DNA of 64,000 bases, taken from the NCBI GenBank assembly GCA_040771865.1, contig JAXGZF010000004.1, positions 62,001-126,000 on the forward strand, read 5' to 3'. This DNA comes from Desulfobacterales bacterium. GTDB lineage: Bacteria; Desulfobacterota; Desulfobacteria; Desulfobacterales; UBA2245. Below, piece after piece: positions 17,220-27,540 of this stretch. Each line of letters opens with the position of its first letter. Position 1 is the stretch's first letter. The notes under the pieces are model-generated. The model ran no database searches. It saw only the letters and a list, made by a program, of their open reading frames with translations, and was not told the DNA's origin. Made by a program: the position numbers and the translations under genes.

Positions 17220-19666
17220 TGACAGGTTTTGCAGCCTTCTTCAAAGCGGATCGGCTGGCCGCATTCCGGGCAGGCCTCTCCCTTGAGATCGGTTTGGGTC
17301 TTGCGCGTGCCGTTGCCGCTCTTCAGGTAGCGTTTTTCAAGAATCCGGCCGATGGCATCGGGAATGGAAAGCACCAGGCCGTCTTTTTGAAAAATCGGGT
17401 ATTCGCCGCCGATTCCCTTGAGCTGTTCCACTATGTTTTCAACCTTTACGCCTGAACGCAGGGCCAGCGAAACCAGACGGCCGATAGCCTCGGTTTTGGC
17501 GGTGGTGGATCGGCCGGATTTGCCGATGGTGGCAAACACCTCAAAGGGTTTTCCCTCGCATTCGGTTACGGTCACATAAAGGTTGCCCATGCCGGTCTGC
17601 ATCTTGGTGGTAAAGCCTTCCAGGGTTTCGGGACGTTGCTGTACAGCGGTCATGAAGCCGTCCACCTTGCCGCTGACCGAAAGCACCTGGTTTTCCTTGC
17701 TGCCGTCCCGATAAATGGTCACGCCCTTGCACCCCAGTTCGTAGGCCATATTGTAGATTTTCATCACATCGTCGACCGAGGCTGTCTTGGGCAGATTGAC
17801 CGTTTTGGATACGGCGTTGTCCGTATGCTTTTGAAATGCCGCCTGCATGCGGATGTGCCACTCCGGATCAATGTCGTGAGCCGTGACAAAAACCTTTCGA
17901 ACGTCTTCAGGAATTTCCACCATATTCTGAATGCTTCCCTGTCTGGCAACGTCCGCCATGAGCTGGGACGAATAGAATCCCCGCTGCCTGGCCGTTTTTT
18001 CGAAAACCGGATTGATCTCAAGGAGTTCGTCATTATCCATGACACGGCGCACGAAACTTAGGGCAAACAGGGGTTCGATGCCGCTGGAACACCCGGCGAT
18101 GATGCTCAAGGTTCCGGTAGGAGCGATAGTGGTGGTCGTGGCGTTTCGAATGGGGCAGCCCCTGTCCTTGTAGATGCTGGAATCGAAATTCTTGAATACG
18201 CCCCGTTCCTCGGCCAGGGCCTTGGAGGCTTCATGAGACTCCTTCTGAACAAAGGCCATGACTTCTTCGGCCAGTTCCAGCGCCTGATCGGAGTTGTAGG
18301 GAATTCGCATCTCGTAGAGCAGATCCGCAAATCCCATGATGCCGAGACCGATCTTGCGGTTGCCCTTGACCATGTCGTCGATTTCCGGCAGCGGGTATTG
18401 GGACATCTCGATGGCGTTGTCCAGAAAACGTACGGAATTGTGGATGGTTTCCCGAAGACTGTCGTAATCGATGACCGGTTTTTTTTCTTCGGTTTCAACG
18501 ACAAATTGGGTCAGGTTGATGGAACCCAGGTTGCAGGCTTCCATTGGAAGCAGGGGCTGCTCTCCGCAGGGATTGGTGCTTTCTATTTCGCCCAGAGCCG
18601 GCGTGGGGTTGTCCTTGTTGATTTTGTCGAGAAAGATAATGCCCGGATCTCCATTTTTCCAGGCCTGCTTGACCATGGCCTCATAGACTTCCTTGGCGTT
18701 GAGCTGACCGGCAACCATTCCGTCACGTGGATCAATCAGATCGTATTTGCCTCCGGCCGCCGCCGCTTTCATGAAAACATCGGTTGCGCCAACGGAAATA
18801 TTGAAGTTGTTCAGTTCGCTGTTGTTCTGCTTGCAGTGGATGAATTCCAGAATGTCCGGATGATCGACCCGCAACACCGCCATGTTGGCGCCCCGCCGGG
18901 TGCCGCCCTGTTTGACCTGTTCGGTGGCCGTATTGAAGATTTTCATGAACGAAACCGGTCCCGAGGCCACCCCGCCGGTAGCGCCTACCCGGCTGTTTTT
19001 GGGCCTGAGCCTAGAAAAAGCAAAACCTGTTCCTCCGCCGGATTTGTGAATCAGGGCAGCGTGTTTGACCGAGTTGAAGATGCCTTCCAGACTGTCGTCG
19101 ATGGGCAGTACAAAACACGCGGCAAGCTGACCGAGGCGTTGTCCGGCATTCATCAGTGTGGGCGAGTTGGGAAGAAATTTAAAGTTCGTCATCATATTGT
19201 AAAAAATTTCTTCGATCTCTTTTGTTCGCGATCCATCGGAAAGCTTGTCCTCCGCCTTGGCAATGTGGCGGGCCACTCTGCGGAACATCTCTTCGGGCGT
19301 TTCCAACAGTTTATTGTTTTCGTCCTTTTTGAGATAGCGTCTTTCCAGCACCCTCCGGGCGTTTTCGGAAATCGCCAGCCGGTCATGAATAAAAATGGAT
19401 TTATCCGGAACAAGCGGGGGAAGGTTGTGCAGGCCGTATTCCGCCAGCTTGGCGGTGAGAATATGACCGATCAGGGGAAGTGTGACGGTCGGCAGTTCCA
19501 TCTGGGCGATTTGCTTTCGCAGAAATCGGCTGATTTCAATTGCCTGCTCTCTTTCGATCTGGCTGGCGCCGATCAAAAATTCAGACAACCGGCATTCATC
19601 CCATTCGCAAATATTCATTTCAAAATTTCCCTCATCGGTCGCCAGAAATTTGGATTGCTGCGTCAT
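17192..19666 (-). CDS. nrdJ: Class II (B12-dependent) ribonucleotide reductase with C-terminal TSCPD/zinc-ribbon domain
   Basis: FLPNSPTLMNAG, ACFV, TNPCGEQPL, CNLGS, TIAPTGT, KGVTIYRDGS, SIPDAI, CPEC...CHHCGFSKC. Confidence 0.95.
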   Translation of the reverse strand: MTQQSKFLATDEGNFEMNICEWDECRLSEFLIGASQIEREQAIEISRFLRKQIAQMELPTVTLPLIGHILTAKLAEYGLHNLPPLVPDKSIFIHDRLAISENARRVLERRYLKKDENNKLLETPEEMFRRVARHIAKAEDKLSDGSRTKEIEEIFYNMMTNFKFLPNSPTLMNAGQRLGQLAACFVLPIDDSLEGIFNSVKHAALIHKSGGGTGFAFSRLRPKNSRVGATGGVASGPVSFMKIFNTATEQVKQGGTRRGANMAVLRVDHPDILEFIHCKQNNSELNNFNISVGATDVFMKAAAAGGKYDLIDPRDGMVAGQLNAKEVYEAMVKQAWKNGDPGIIFLDKINKDNPTPALGEIESTNPCGEQPLLPMEACNLGSINLTQFVVETEEKKPVIDYDSLRETIHNSVRFLDNAIEMSQYPLPEIDDMVKGNRKIGLGIMGFADLLYEMRIPYNSDQALELAEEVMAFVQKESHEASKALAEERGVFKNFDSSIYKDRGCPIRNATTTTIAPTGTLSIIAGCSSGIEPLFALSFVRRVMDNDELLEINPVFEKTARQRGFYSSQLMADVARQGSIQNMVEIPEDVRKVFVTAHDIDPEWHIRMQAAFQKHTDNAVSKTVNLPKTASVDDVMKIYNMAYELGCKGVTIYRDGSKENQVLSVSGKVDGFMTAVQQRPETLEGFTTKMQTGMGNLYVTVTECEGKPFEVFATIGKSGRSTTAKTEAIGRLVSLALRSGVKVENIVEQLKGIGGEYPIFQKDGLVLSIPDAIGRILEKRYLKSGNGTRKTQTDLKGEACPECGQPIRFEEGCKTCHHCGFSKCS

Positions 19667-19809
19667 GTTTCCCCCTCCTTCGGGTTGCCGATCAATGGAT
19701 CTGCGTTTTTTTGGATGATGCCCTGCGGCTGTTTTGTTATGCGGCCTGGAAGTTTTTCTGAAAAACCTTTGAAACCAAGGCGATTCTTTAAGATGAATTT
19801 TTATTTCTC

Positions 19810-19857
19810 ACACAACATATGGTATGTCAAGAAAAAATAATCCACAATATGTGCAAG
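19810..19857. promoter_or_regulatory. Tandem NrdR boxes upstream of nrdJ
   Basis: ACACAACATATGGTAT (19810-19825) and CCACAATATGTGCAAG (19842-19857) resemble acaCwAtATaTwGtgt. They are 32 bp apart and flank a minus-strand TTGACA (19825-19830). Confidence 0.7.
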
Positions 19858-19960
19858 GTACGGAAAAGGCATCAAAGCCCGGAAAACAAGCGCAAATTCA
19901 AAGAAAAGCACCGGGCGGCGAGAAACGACGCACTGACGCTGAAAAAAACAGGATAAATGA

Positions 19961-21664
19961 TTACGACCGATTGATGTTGAGCATCTCGCGGGCGTGGGCC
20001 AGTGTGGTCTGAGTGATCGTTTCGCCGGCCAGCATTCTGGCCAGTTCTTCCACACGCTCGGCTTCGCACAGGGGCTCAATGGCGGTGACGGTCCGGTTGT
20101 TTACGACGTTTTTGGATATGCGGAAATGGTTGTGTCCGAATTTGGCGATCTGCGCCAAATGGGTGATACAGATTATTTGGTGATAGGTCGAGAGCAGGCG
20201 GAGTTTGTTACCCACCACCTCGGCCGTGGATCCGCCGATACCGGCGTCCACCTCGTCGAAAACCACGGTTTCCAGGGAGGATCTGTGCGCAGTGATGGCC
20301 TTCAGGGCCAGTACAACCCTGGAAAGCTCGCCCCCTGAGGCGATTTGAGCCAGAGGTTTGAGCGTTTCGCCGATGTTGGGGGAGATTAGAAATGAAACCC
20401 GGTCCAGTCCGGTTTCGGTAATGCGGTTTCCATCGGCCGCCGGACAGGCGGCGCCGGTTTCGGCCGTAATCGGCTCAACGGAAATTTTAAACCGGCAGTC
20501 CGGCATTTTCAGGCCGGCCAGCACGGATTCGATTTTTTGGGAAAGTGCTTCCGCGGCGGACTTGCGTTTTTCAGAAAGCGCTTCTGCGGCAAGGATTAAT
20601 TGGCACTTCAAATCCTCGATTTGCTGTTCCGTGTTCCGAATCTGATCCGAAAGATCCGATATGTCGGCGATTTCTCTGTCGATGGTTTTAAGCTTTTCCG
20701 CAATGGCCTTCAGGGCTCCGCCGTATTTTCGTTTCAGTTTGTTCAACAGGTCCAGCCGGGCTTCTACCGCTTCAATGCGCGTCGGGTCGATGGAAATCCG
20801 ATGAAGGTAGGTTCCGAATCGCTGGGAGATGTCCTCGATTTGAAACGAAACATCGGAAATCGCCTTGGCCATGGATTCAAGTTCCGGGTCCAGAGAGCGG
20901 ATTTTGTCCAGATTTTTTTGAATCACGGTCAGATTTTCCGCTATGGCGCCCTGGCCCGAATACAGGGCTTCGACGCTTTGGTGCATGGTTTCGTAAATTT
21001 TTTCAGCGTGTTTCAGCAGCACGCGTTCCTGTTCGAGGTCCTGGTCCTCCCGGGGAAGTATGCCGGCCTTCTGAATCTCGTTTCGCTGAAATTCGAGAAG
21101 TTCGAGTTCCTTCTCCTGATCGGCCTGGCGGGCGCAAAGCTTTCGAAGGTTTTCGAAGAGAGGAACCAGCTGATGATAGTACCGGCCCACCTGCGTGCGA
21201 AGATCGGTCAGACCCGCAAACTCGTCCAGAATTCTCAGCTGGTTTTCTTCCTTCAACAGCTTCTGGTGGGCGTGCTGGCCGGAAATGCTGGCCAGATTTT
21301 CCGCCACATCGCAAAGCGCCTGAATCGTGGCCGGTCGGTCGTTGATATAGATCCGGTGCCGGTCGCTTTCGGAGATGATGCGCCGGATTATCAGCGCGTC
21401 GGTGATTTCCCGGCCGTCTTCCCGAAGTCGCCGGGCCAGGCCGCTTTCCGGGTGAATCCTGAAAAGCGCCTCCACTTCGGCGCAATCGGCGCCCGACCGG
21501 ATCATCCTGGATGAAGCCCGGGCGCCCAGCAGCAGATTGACCGCCTGAATGATGATGGACTTTCCGGCGCCGGTCTCTCCGCTGAGAATCGTCAGGCCGT
21601 CTGAAAAGCGGATGCGAAGGTCGTCGATGATCGCAAAATTTCTGATGAACAGTTCTTCAAGCAT
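19961..21664 (-). CDS. recN: DNA repair protein RecN
   Basis: NFAII, GETGAGKS, ASGGELSR, FDEVDAGIGG, ITHLAQIA, ELARMLAG. Confidence 0.97.
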   Translation of the reverse strand: MLEELFIRNFAIIDDLRIRFSDGLTILSGETGAGKSIIIQAVNLLLGARASSRMIRSGADCAEVEALFRIHPESGLARRLREDGREITDALIIRRIISESDRHRIYINDRPATIQALCDVAENLASISGQHAHQKLLKEENQLRILDEFAGLTDLRTQVGRYYHQLVPLFENLRKLCARQADQEKELELLEFQRNEIQKAGILPREDQDLEQERVLLKHAEKIYETMHQSVEALYSGQGAIAENLTVIQKNLDKIRSLDPELESMAKAISDVSFQIEDISQRFGTYLHRISIDPTRIEAVEARLDLLNKLKRKYGGALKAIAEKLKTIDREIADISDLSDQIRNTEQQIEDLKCQLILAAEALSEKRKSAAEALSQKIESVLAGLKMPDCRFKISVEPITAETGAACPAADGNRITETGLDRVSFLISPNIGETLKPLAQIASGGELSRVVLALKAITAHRSSLETVVFDEVDAGIGGSTAEVVGNKLRLLSTYHQIICITHLAQIAKFGHNHFRISKNVVNNRTVTAIEPLCEAERVEELARMLAGETITQTTLAHAREMLNINRS

Positions 21665-21752
21665 GGTTGTCGGCGTATTTCGATGAAACCGTGTTCAAAG
21701 AGTTAAAAAGCCCGTCATCGGCGCCTTTGCACAGCCAAAATATCGCCCTTCT

Positions 21753-22355
21753 TCAAAAGGCCGCGAGATTTTTTGCAGCCTCGAAGCCCAGCTCAAAGGC
21801 TTTGAGGTTGGCCGGAACAAAGGACCGGGCGGTTTTGGTCTCGATGGCGGACCGGACGCTTTCCACGGATACGGGAAGAATCCGGGTCTGTATTAACGCG
21901 CCGAGAAGCGTCATGTTCACGGCCCTGACGCTTCCGGCCTTTCGGGCCAGATTGCTGGCGTCGAAGGCAATGAGTTTTTGAGTTTTGGCCCGGATCAGAT
22001 CCTGAATCTGCCGAATATCCGGATATGCGCCCTTTCCGATGGACACCGTAAAAGGAGGCAGCGGGGAAAGATTGGTGATCACGACCGATTCCGGATTGCA
22101 CCGGTTCAGGGCCCTCAGGGTTTCCGAAGGCTCAAAACCCACGAGCACATCGGCTTCGGCATCGGATATGATCGGACTTTCGGCGTCTCCGAATACCAGG
22201 GCGGATTCAACCACGCCCCCCCGCTGGGCCATGCCGTGGATTTCACTCATTCGAATCGGCACGTCGGAGGCAAGCGCCGCCTCGGCCAGCACCCGCGAGG
22301 CCAGCAGGTTTCCCTGACCGCCCACCGCCACGATGATCAAACGTTTTGCTTTCAT
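21753..22355 (-). CDS. iorB: Indolepyruvate:ferredoxin oxidoreductase beta subunit
   Basis: VGGQGNLLAS, SEIHGMAQRGGVV, NLKAFELG; follows iorA. Confidence 0.93.
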   Translation of the reverse strand: MKAKRLIIVAVGGQGNLLASRVLAEAALASDVPIRMSEIHGMAQRGGVVESALVFGDAESPIISDAEADVLVGFEPSETLRALNRCNPESVVITNLSPLPPFTVSIGKGAYPDIRQIQDLIRAKTQKLIAFDASNLARKAGSVRAVNMTLLGALIQTRILPVSVESVRSAIETKTARSFVPANLKAFELGFEAAKNLAAF

Positions 22356-22427
22356 AGTATTTAAAAACTCCCCGAAGTTAGAAAGAATCACAAATTGTAT
22401 CGCCGGAATCTATAGAATATGATCCGG

Positions 22428-24284
22428 TCAGGGATCGGCCTTCTGCGGCAGGATGGCATTTTCCGGGCACACCTGGGCGCACAGAGAACATCCCGTACAA
22501 AGGGCCGGATTGATTTTGACCCGTCCATCAGAAATAAAGAAGGCGGGACAGGCCAGATCGTTGACGCAGTTCCGGTGATTTCTGCACCGGTCGCTGACGT
22601 AAAAAGGTCTGGCCGCAGACTTCCGAACGCTGTTGGCAAACAGGGGGCAGAGGTGTCTGGAGATCACCACCGAAACGCCCTTGAAATTCAGGGCCTCCCG
22701 AGTCGCCTCGATGCTTTTTTTGACATTCAGGGGCCTGATCACGGAAACATGCCCGACGCCCAGGGACCGGACGACCGCTTCAATGGAAACGCGGCCGTAT
22801 CCCTTGAGGTTGAGCTTTTCCATATCCACTCCGGGGTTGGGCTGATGACCGGTCATGGCTGTGATGCCGTTGTCAAGAATCACCAGGGTGAAGTCGTGCT
22901 GATTGAAAACGGCGTTGATCAGCCCCGGAATGCCGGAATGGAAAAAGGTGGAATCTCCGATAAAGGAAACGACTTTCTTGCCGCTGACCTTTGAAAAACC
23001 GCAGGAGGTTCCCACGGAAGATCCCATGCATATCAGAAAGTCGCCCATGGAAAGCGGGGGCATGAACCCCAGCGTATAACACCCGATGTCGTTGGGACAC
23101 ATGATGTCCAGACCGGCGGCAGCTTTTCGGACGGCATAGAACGTCGCCCGGTGCGGACATCCCGGGCACAGCGAGGGCGGCCTGGCGGGAAGTTCCGGAA
23201 CGTCGGAAAGGTCGATTTTTTGCGGCCGTGTATAGGGAATGTTGAAATACCGGGCGATTTTTTCCCGAACCATGGCCGGATCGTACTCATAGAGCCGGGA
23301 GAAGAGCGCATCGCCCTTGCCCTGAATGTCAAGGGTCAGTTTCGCCTGCTGGGCTACGGCCCTGACGGCTTCTTCCATAAAAGGCTCTCCCTCTTCAACC
23401 ACGAGGACCTTTTCGCTGGCTTTCAGAAAAGATACGACAAGATCCTTCGGAAGGGGATGGGAAAACCCGATTCTGAGAATCCGGATCCGCTGTTCCAGAC
23501 CCAGATCCATGACTGCGTCGCACACATAATTATAGCTCACCCCGTTGCAGATGATTCCCCAGGCACCGTTGCCCGTAATAAAATTAAATTCCGATGACTC
23601 GGAAATATTCCGGGCCGATGCCAGATTTTCCAGCAGGCGGGCGTGAAGTTTTCTGGAGACCGCTGGGACAGTCACGTAACGAAGCGGATTTCGAACGAAC
23701 TCGCCCCGGCTTTTGATCTTTTGCATGGCGCCCAGGGTCGCGGCGCCGGTTGAATGATTCAACCGGGTGGTTGTCCGCAGAAGAACCGGTTCCCCGAGTT
23801 TTTCCGAGAGTTCAAACGCCTCGACCGTCATTCGCAGGGCCTCCGGAATGTCCGAGGGCTCGAGCATGGGAAGGCCGCCGAATTTTGCATAATACCGGTT
23901 GTCCTGCTCGTTCTGGCTCGAGAACATGAAAGGGTCGTCGGCGGTTACGATTACCAGACCGCCTTTAACGCCCACATAGGCGAGGGTCATCAGCGCGTCG
24001 GCGGCCACGTTCAAACCCACGTGCTTCATGACGCAAATGCTGCGAACGCCGCAGTTGGCTGCGGCGGCCGCCACTTCGAGCGCCACTTTTTCATTGGTGC
24101 TGTATTCGAAGTACAGGTCGCTTTCATGAGAGATCTGGAAAAAGTTCATCGAAATTTCCGATGAAGGTGTGCCGGGGTATGTGGTTGCAACAGCCACTCC
24201 GGCCTCAAGAGCGCCGCGGGCGATGGCCTCGTTTCCCAGCAGGAGCATTTTCTGTCCCGGTTGGTCTACAAGTAATCTATGCAT
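22428..24284 (-). CDS. iorA: Indolepyruvate:ferredoxin oxidoreductase alpha subunit
   Basis: LLGNEAIARG, YPGTPSSEI, NEKVALE, CPGCPHR, DIGCY, GDSTFFHSG, C-terminal ferredoxin cysteines. Confidence 0.95.
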   Translation of the reverse strand: MHRLLVDQPGQKMLLLGNEAIARGALEAGVAVATTYPGTPSSEISMNFFQISHESDLYFEYSTNEKVALEVAAAAANCGVRSICVMKHVGLNVAADALMTLAYVGVKGGLVIVTADDPFMFSSQNEQDNRYYAKFGGLPMLEPSDIPEALRMTVEAFELSEKLGEPVLLRTTTRLNHSTGAATLGAMQKIKSRGEFVRNPLRYVTVPAVSRKLHARLLENLASARNISESSEFNFITGNGAWGIICNGVSYNYVCDAVMDLGLEQRIRILRIGFSHPLPKDLVVSFLKASEKVLVVEEGEPFMEEAVRAVAQQAKLTLDIQGKGDALFSRLYEYDPAMVREKIARYFNIPYTRPQKIDLSDVPELPARPPSLCPGCPHRATFYAVRKAAAGLDIMCPNDIGCYTLGFMPPLSMGDFLICMGSSVGTSCGFSKVSGKKVVSFIGDSTFFHSGIPGLINAVFNQHDFTLVILDNGITAMTGHQPNPGVDMEKLNLKGYGRVSIEAVVRSLGVGHVSVIRPLNVKKSIEATREALNFKGVSVVISRHLCPLFANSVRKSAARPFYVSDRCRNHRNCVNDLACPAFFISDGRVKINPALCTGCSLCAQVCPENAILPQKADP

Positions 24285-24526
24285 GATTATTCCTTAAAAT
24301 TGGCAAATGGAAATGAAAAGGATGAATCCTGGCAATTCATACACCAGCCGAGTTTTCGGTGTAAAGTATTATTGTCAGGACATGTCCGATCGAAATCAAG
24401 GCAAATTCCGGGTTTTGTCCTGAATTTCAAAGAGACGGCTTCAAAAATTTTCTTTAAAAGGGGTTGTTTTGAAAAACTTTACAAAAGCGGTATGATATCT
24501 TATTATGCTTTGCCTGAAAGCGGAGT

Positions 24527-25243
24527 TTGCAGTTGAAAAATTCAGCAGGACATTCCAGCGGTTATTCGGGCGGTTTTGACCAATCTACGAGTGTCGATAA
24601 TGATCGGCTTCCCCTACTGCTGTCCACAAGCAACCAGGGGAAAATTGATGAACTCAAAGATCTTTTAAAACACTTTCCGGTTCAAATCAAAGGCCTTGAA
24701 ACCTTCGATTCGGTGGCGCCGCCGGTAGAGGACGGCACCAATTTTACGGAAAATGCCTGCAAGAAGGCAAGGTATTACGCCGACCATTACCAGATGCCGG
24801 CCCTGGCGGATGATTCGGGGCTGATGGTTGAAGCGCTTGGCGGCATGCCGGGCATACATTCGGCCCGGTATGCCGGCGCTGGTGCGACGGATACCGACCG
24901 GTGCATCAAGCTGTTGCGGGAAATGAAAGGCGTGGCCGATCGGAAGGCTTATTTCCAGTGTGTGATTTGCATCGCGATTCCGAACGGGCCGGTTAAAATC
25001 TATTCAGGAACCTGTGAAGGCTGGATCGCCGAAACCATGCGGGGCGACAACGGATTCGGATATGATCCCATATTTTATTTACCGTCGAAGAAGAAGACTT
25101 TTGCCCAGTTGAGCCGCCAGGAAAAGGGCGCGGTCAGTCACAGGGGCAATGCCCTGAAAATGCTTCAAGAGGATTTTGAAGAAGTGCTTTTGTGGATGCA
25201 AAGAAACTGGACAGGGAAACGGCCGTCATGCTCGAAGAGTTGA
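24527..25243 (+). CDS. rdgB: Non-canonical purine NTP pyrophosphatase (RdgB/HAM1)
   Basis: TSNQGK, ADDSGL, PGIHSARYAG, GFGYDPIF, SHRG; start uncertain. Confidence 0.93.
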   Translation: MQLKNSAGHSSGYSGGFDQSTSVDNDRLPLLLSTSNQGKIDELKDLLKHFPVQIKGLETFDSVAPPVEDGTNFTENACKKARYYADHYQMPALADDSGLMVEALGGMPGIHSARYAGAGATDTDRCIKLLREMKGVADRKAYFQCVICIAIPNGPVKIYSGTCEGWIAETMRGDNGFGYDPIFYLPSKKKTFAQLSRQEKGAVSHRGNALKMLQEDFEEVLLWMQRNWTGKRPSCSKS

Positions 25244-25815
25244 TCCGGAAAAACAGAAGTTGCCGGCGGTTTTATCAGAATCATCGGGTGGACCTCGAAA
25301 CGCTCAGATATCTGGCCGATCTGGCCAGACTGAGCGCTTCAGCGGCCAATCGGCAGCCGTTGAAGTACATTCTTTCATGCGACAAGGATGTCAACGCCGG
25401 GATATTATTGTGCCTGCAATGGGCCGGCTATCTGAAGCAATGGTCGGGACCGGAACCGGGCGAACAGCCGCCGGCGTATATCGTTATATTAGGAGACCGT
25501 CGCATCAGCGCGGATTTTTTCTGCGATCATGGAATCGCCGCTCAGAGCATCCTTCTCGGGGCGACGGAAAAGGGCCTGGCCGGATGCATCATCGCCGCCG
25601 TGGACAGAAAACGGCTGAGCGCTCGGCTCGAAATTCCGGAATATTTCGAGATCCTTCTGGTATTGGCCATCGGAAAGCCCAGAGAACGGATCGTGATCGA
25701 ACCCCTTGGCCCTGACGGGGACATTCGGTACTGGCGGGATGAACATGGGGTTCACCACGTTCCCAAACGGAAGCTGGACGAGATCGTCTTCGCCAGCTAC
25801 GGCCCTGAACACTGA
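25228..25815 (+). CDS. Nitroreductase-family protein
   Basis: RSCRRF, SASAANRQP, DHGIAAQSILL, LAIGKP, VPKR. Confidence 0.9.
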   Translation: MLEELIRKNRSCRRFYQNHRVDLETLRYLADLARLSASAANRQPLKYILSCDKDVNAGILLCLQWAGYLKQWSGPEPGEQPPAYIVILGDRRISADFFCDHGIAAQSILLGATEKGLAGCIIAAVDRKRLSARLEIPEYFEILLVLAIGKPRERIVIEPLGPDGDIRYWRDEHGVHHVPKRKLDEIVFASYGPEH

Positions 25816-25896
25816 AATTCAGTATTCCGGCTTTCTGACTCTGAAATAAACGATACCCGATCATCAAACCCAAACCCCAGAAAAAAGAGACAAAAA

Positions 25897-27540
25897 ATGG
25901 ACTTAAAATCGGAAATGAATCAGGCGATTGCAAACCATAAAACGGTGTATGAAAATCTTCAACGAAGGGAAATCATTCGCAAGGCGGTAGAGGCGAAAGA
26001 AGCGCTGGTTTCGTCCAACGGAAGCCTGGTGACATGGACCGCCCCGGATTCCACGGGTAGATCTCCGTTTGACACCTATATTGTACGAGGTCCGGAGGTC
26101 GAATCCCATATCGACTGGGATTCTCCTAACAACTTTGCCATGGATCCTCAAACCTTCGAGATGCTCTGGCAGGATGCCCTGAAAGCGCTTTCGGAAAAAA
26201 AACAGGTTTTGATCACGGACCGGGTCGTCGGTGCCGACGCCTCCTATGCCCTGCCGGTGCGCACCGTTACCGACAACGCGCTTGCCAGCCTGTTTACCGA
26301 CAACATGTTCCGGCCGGTTCCGGACGACATCGGCCGAAGCATTTTTGCCGAAAAGGGATTTACCCTTCTGGTACTGCCCTATGACAAGATCGCTTCCGAG
26401 CGTTATGCCGGACGGCTTCGGAAAGACAAGGGCTCTCGAACCTCATCCATGGCCATTGCCATGGATTTTGCCAATGGTTTGGGCCTTGTGTACGGGTCGG
26501 CTTACTGCGGCAGCGTCAAAAAACTGATGTTTACCGTGATGAACTATTACCTTCCGCTCAACGGCATTCTCCCTTTGCACTGTTCGGCCAACGAGAACCG
26601 GAAAGGGGAGCTGGGGCTCTTTCTGGGGCTTTCCGGAACCGGTAAAACCACGCTTTCCGCCGACCCCAACCGGGCCCTTCTCGGAGATGATGAGCACGGA
26701 TGGAGTGAAAACGGGATCGCCAACTTCGAATACGGCTGCTACGCGAAATTAATCAATCTGGATTCGGGAAAAGAGCCCGAGATCTACCGGGCGGTTTTTC
26801 ATGTGGACGACTATCTCGATCACGGAGTCATCATCGAAAACACCATGATGTACCCGGGCGGAAGGTTCGATCTGAATGACGACCGGCTCACTCCCAACAG
26901 CCGGGCCTCCTATCCTTTGAGTTATCTGACCAATATCAAGCCCTCATCCGTAGGCCCGCACCCAAAAACCATCGTCTTTTTGGCCGCCGACGCCAACAGC
27001 GTGCTTCCTCCGGTTGCACGCCTGAATCCCGAACAGGCCATGCTGTGGTTTTTAATGGGCTATACCAGCAAACTGGCCGGAACCGAAACCGGAATCATTG
27101 ATCCGGTATCGACGTTTTCCCGGTTCTTCGGACAGCCGTTCATGCCCTGTCTGCCTCACTATTACTCGGATATGCTGGGACAGAAAATGAAGGCTCACAG
27201 CACCGAGGTCTATCTGATCAACACGGGCTGGAGCGGGGGTCCCTACGGAGAAGGTCAGCGGTTCGACATCAACATCACCCGCCGCATTCTCAATGCGGCT
27301 CTGGACGGAAAACTCACGGATGTTCCATATGACCACGATGATCTTTTCCATCTGAGCATTCCCCGGGTCTGTCCGGATGTGCCTTCTGAAATTCTGAAAC
27401 CCGAGAATACTTGGGCCGATAAGGACGCCTACCGGATCCGGGCGAAAAAACTTGCTGGGGATTTCAGCGCCCATTTCGACAAGGCATACGGAAACAAAAA
27501 TATCGATCCACGGGTGATCCGTCAATGCCCCGGCAAATAG
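25897..27540 (+). CDS. pckA: Phosphoenolpyruvate carboxykinase (ATP)
   Basis: TGRSP, LHCSAN, GLSGTGKTTLSAD, GDDEHGW, GCYAK, NTGWSGG. Confidence 0.95.
   Translation: MDLKSEMNQAIANHKTVYENLQRREIIRKAVEAKEALVSSNGSLVTWTAPDSTGRSPFDTYIVRGPEVESHIDWDSPNNFAMDPQTFEMLWQDALKALSEKKQVLITDRVVGADASYALPVRTVTDNALASLFTDNMFRPVPDDIGRSIFAEKGFTLLVLPYDKIASERYAGRLRKDKGSRTSSMAIAMDFANGLGLVYGSAYCGSVKKLMFTVMNYYLPLNGILPLHCSANENRKGELGLFLGLSGTGKTTLSADPNRALLGDDEHGWSENGIANFEYGCYAKLINLDSGKEPEIYRAVFHVDDYLDHGVIIENTMMYPGGRFDLNDDRLTPNSRASYPLSYLTNIKPSSVGPHPKTIVFLAADANSVLPPVARLNPEQAMLWFLMGYTSKLAGTETGIIDPVSTFSRFFGQPFMPCLPHYYSDMLGQKMKAHSTEVYLINTGWSGGPYGEGQRFDINITRRILNAALDGKLTDVPYDHDDLFHLSIPRVCPDVPSEILKPENTWADKDAYRIRAKKLAGDFSAHFDKAYGNKNIDPRVIRQCPGK

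Noticed and set aside
18233..19840. 535-aa plus-strand ORF
   Set aside because: Antisense shadow of nrdJ with no recognisable motifs.
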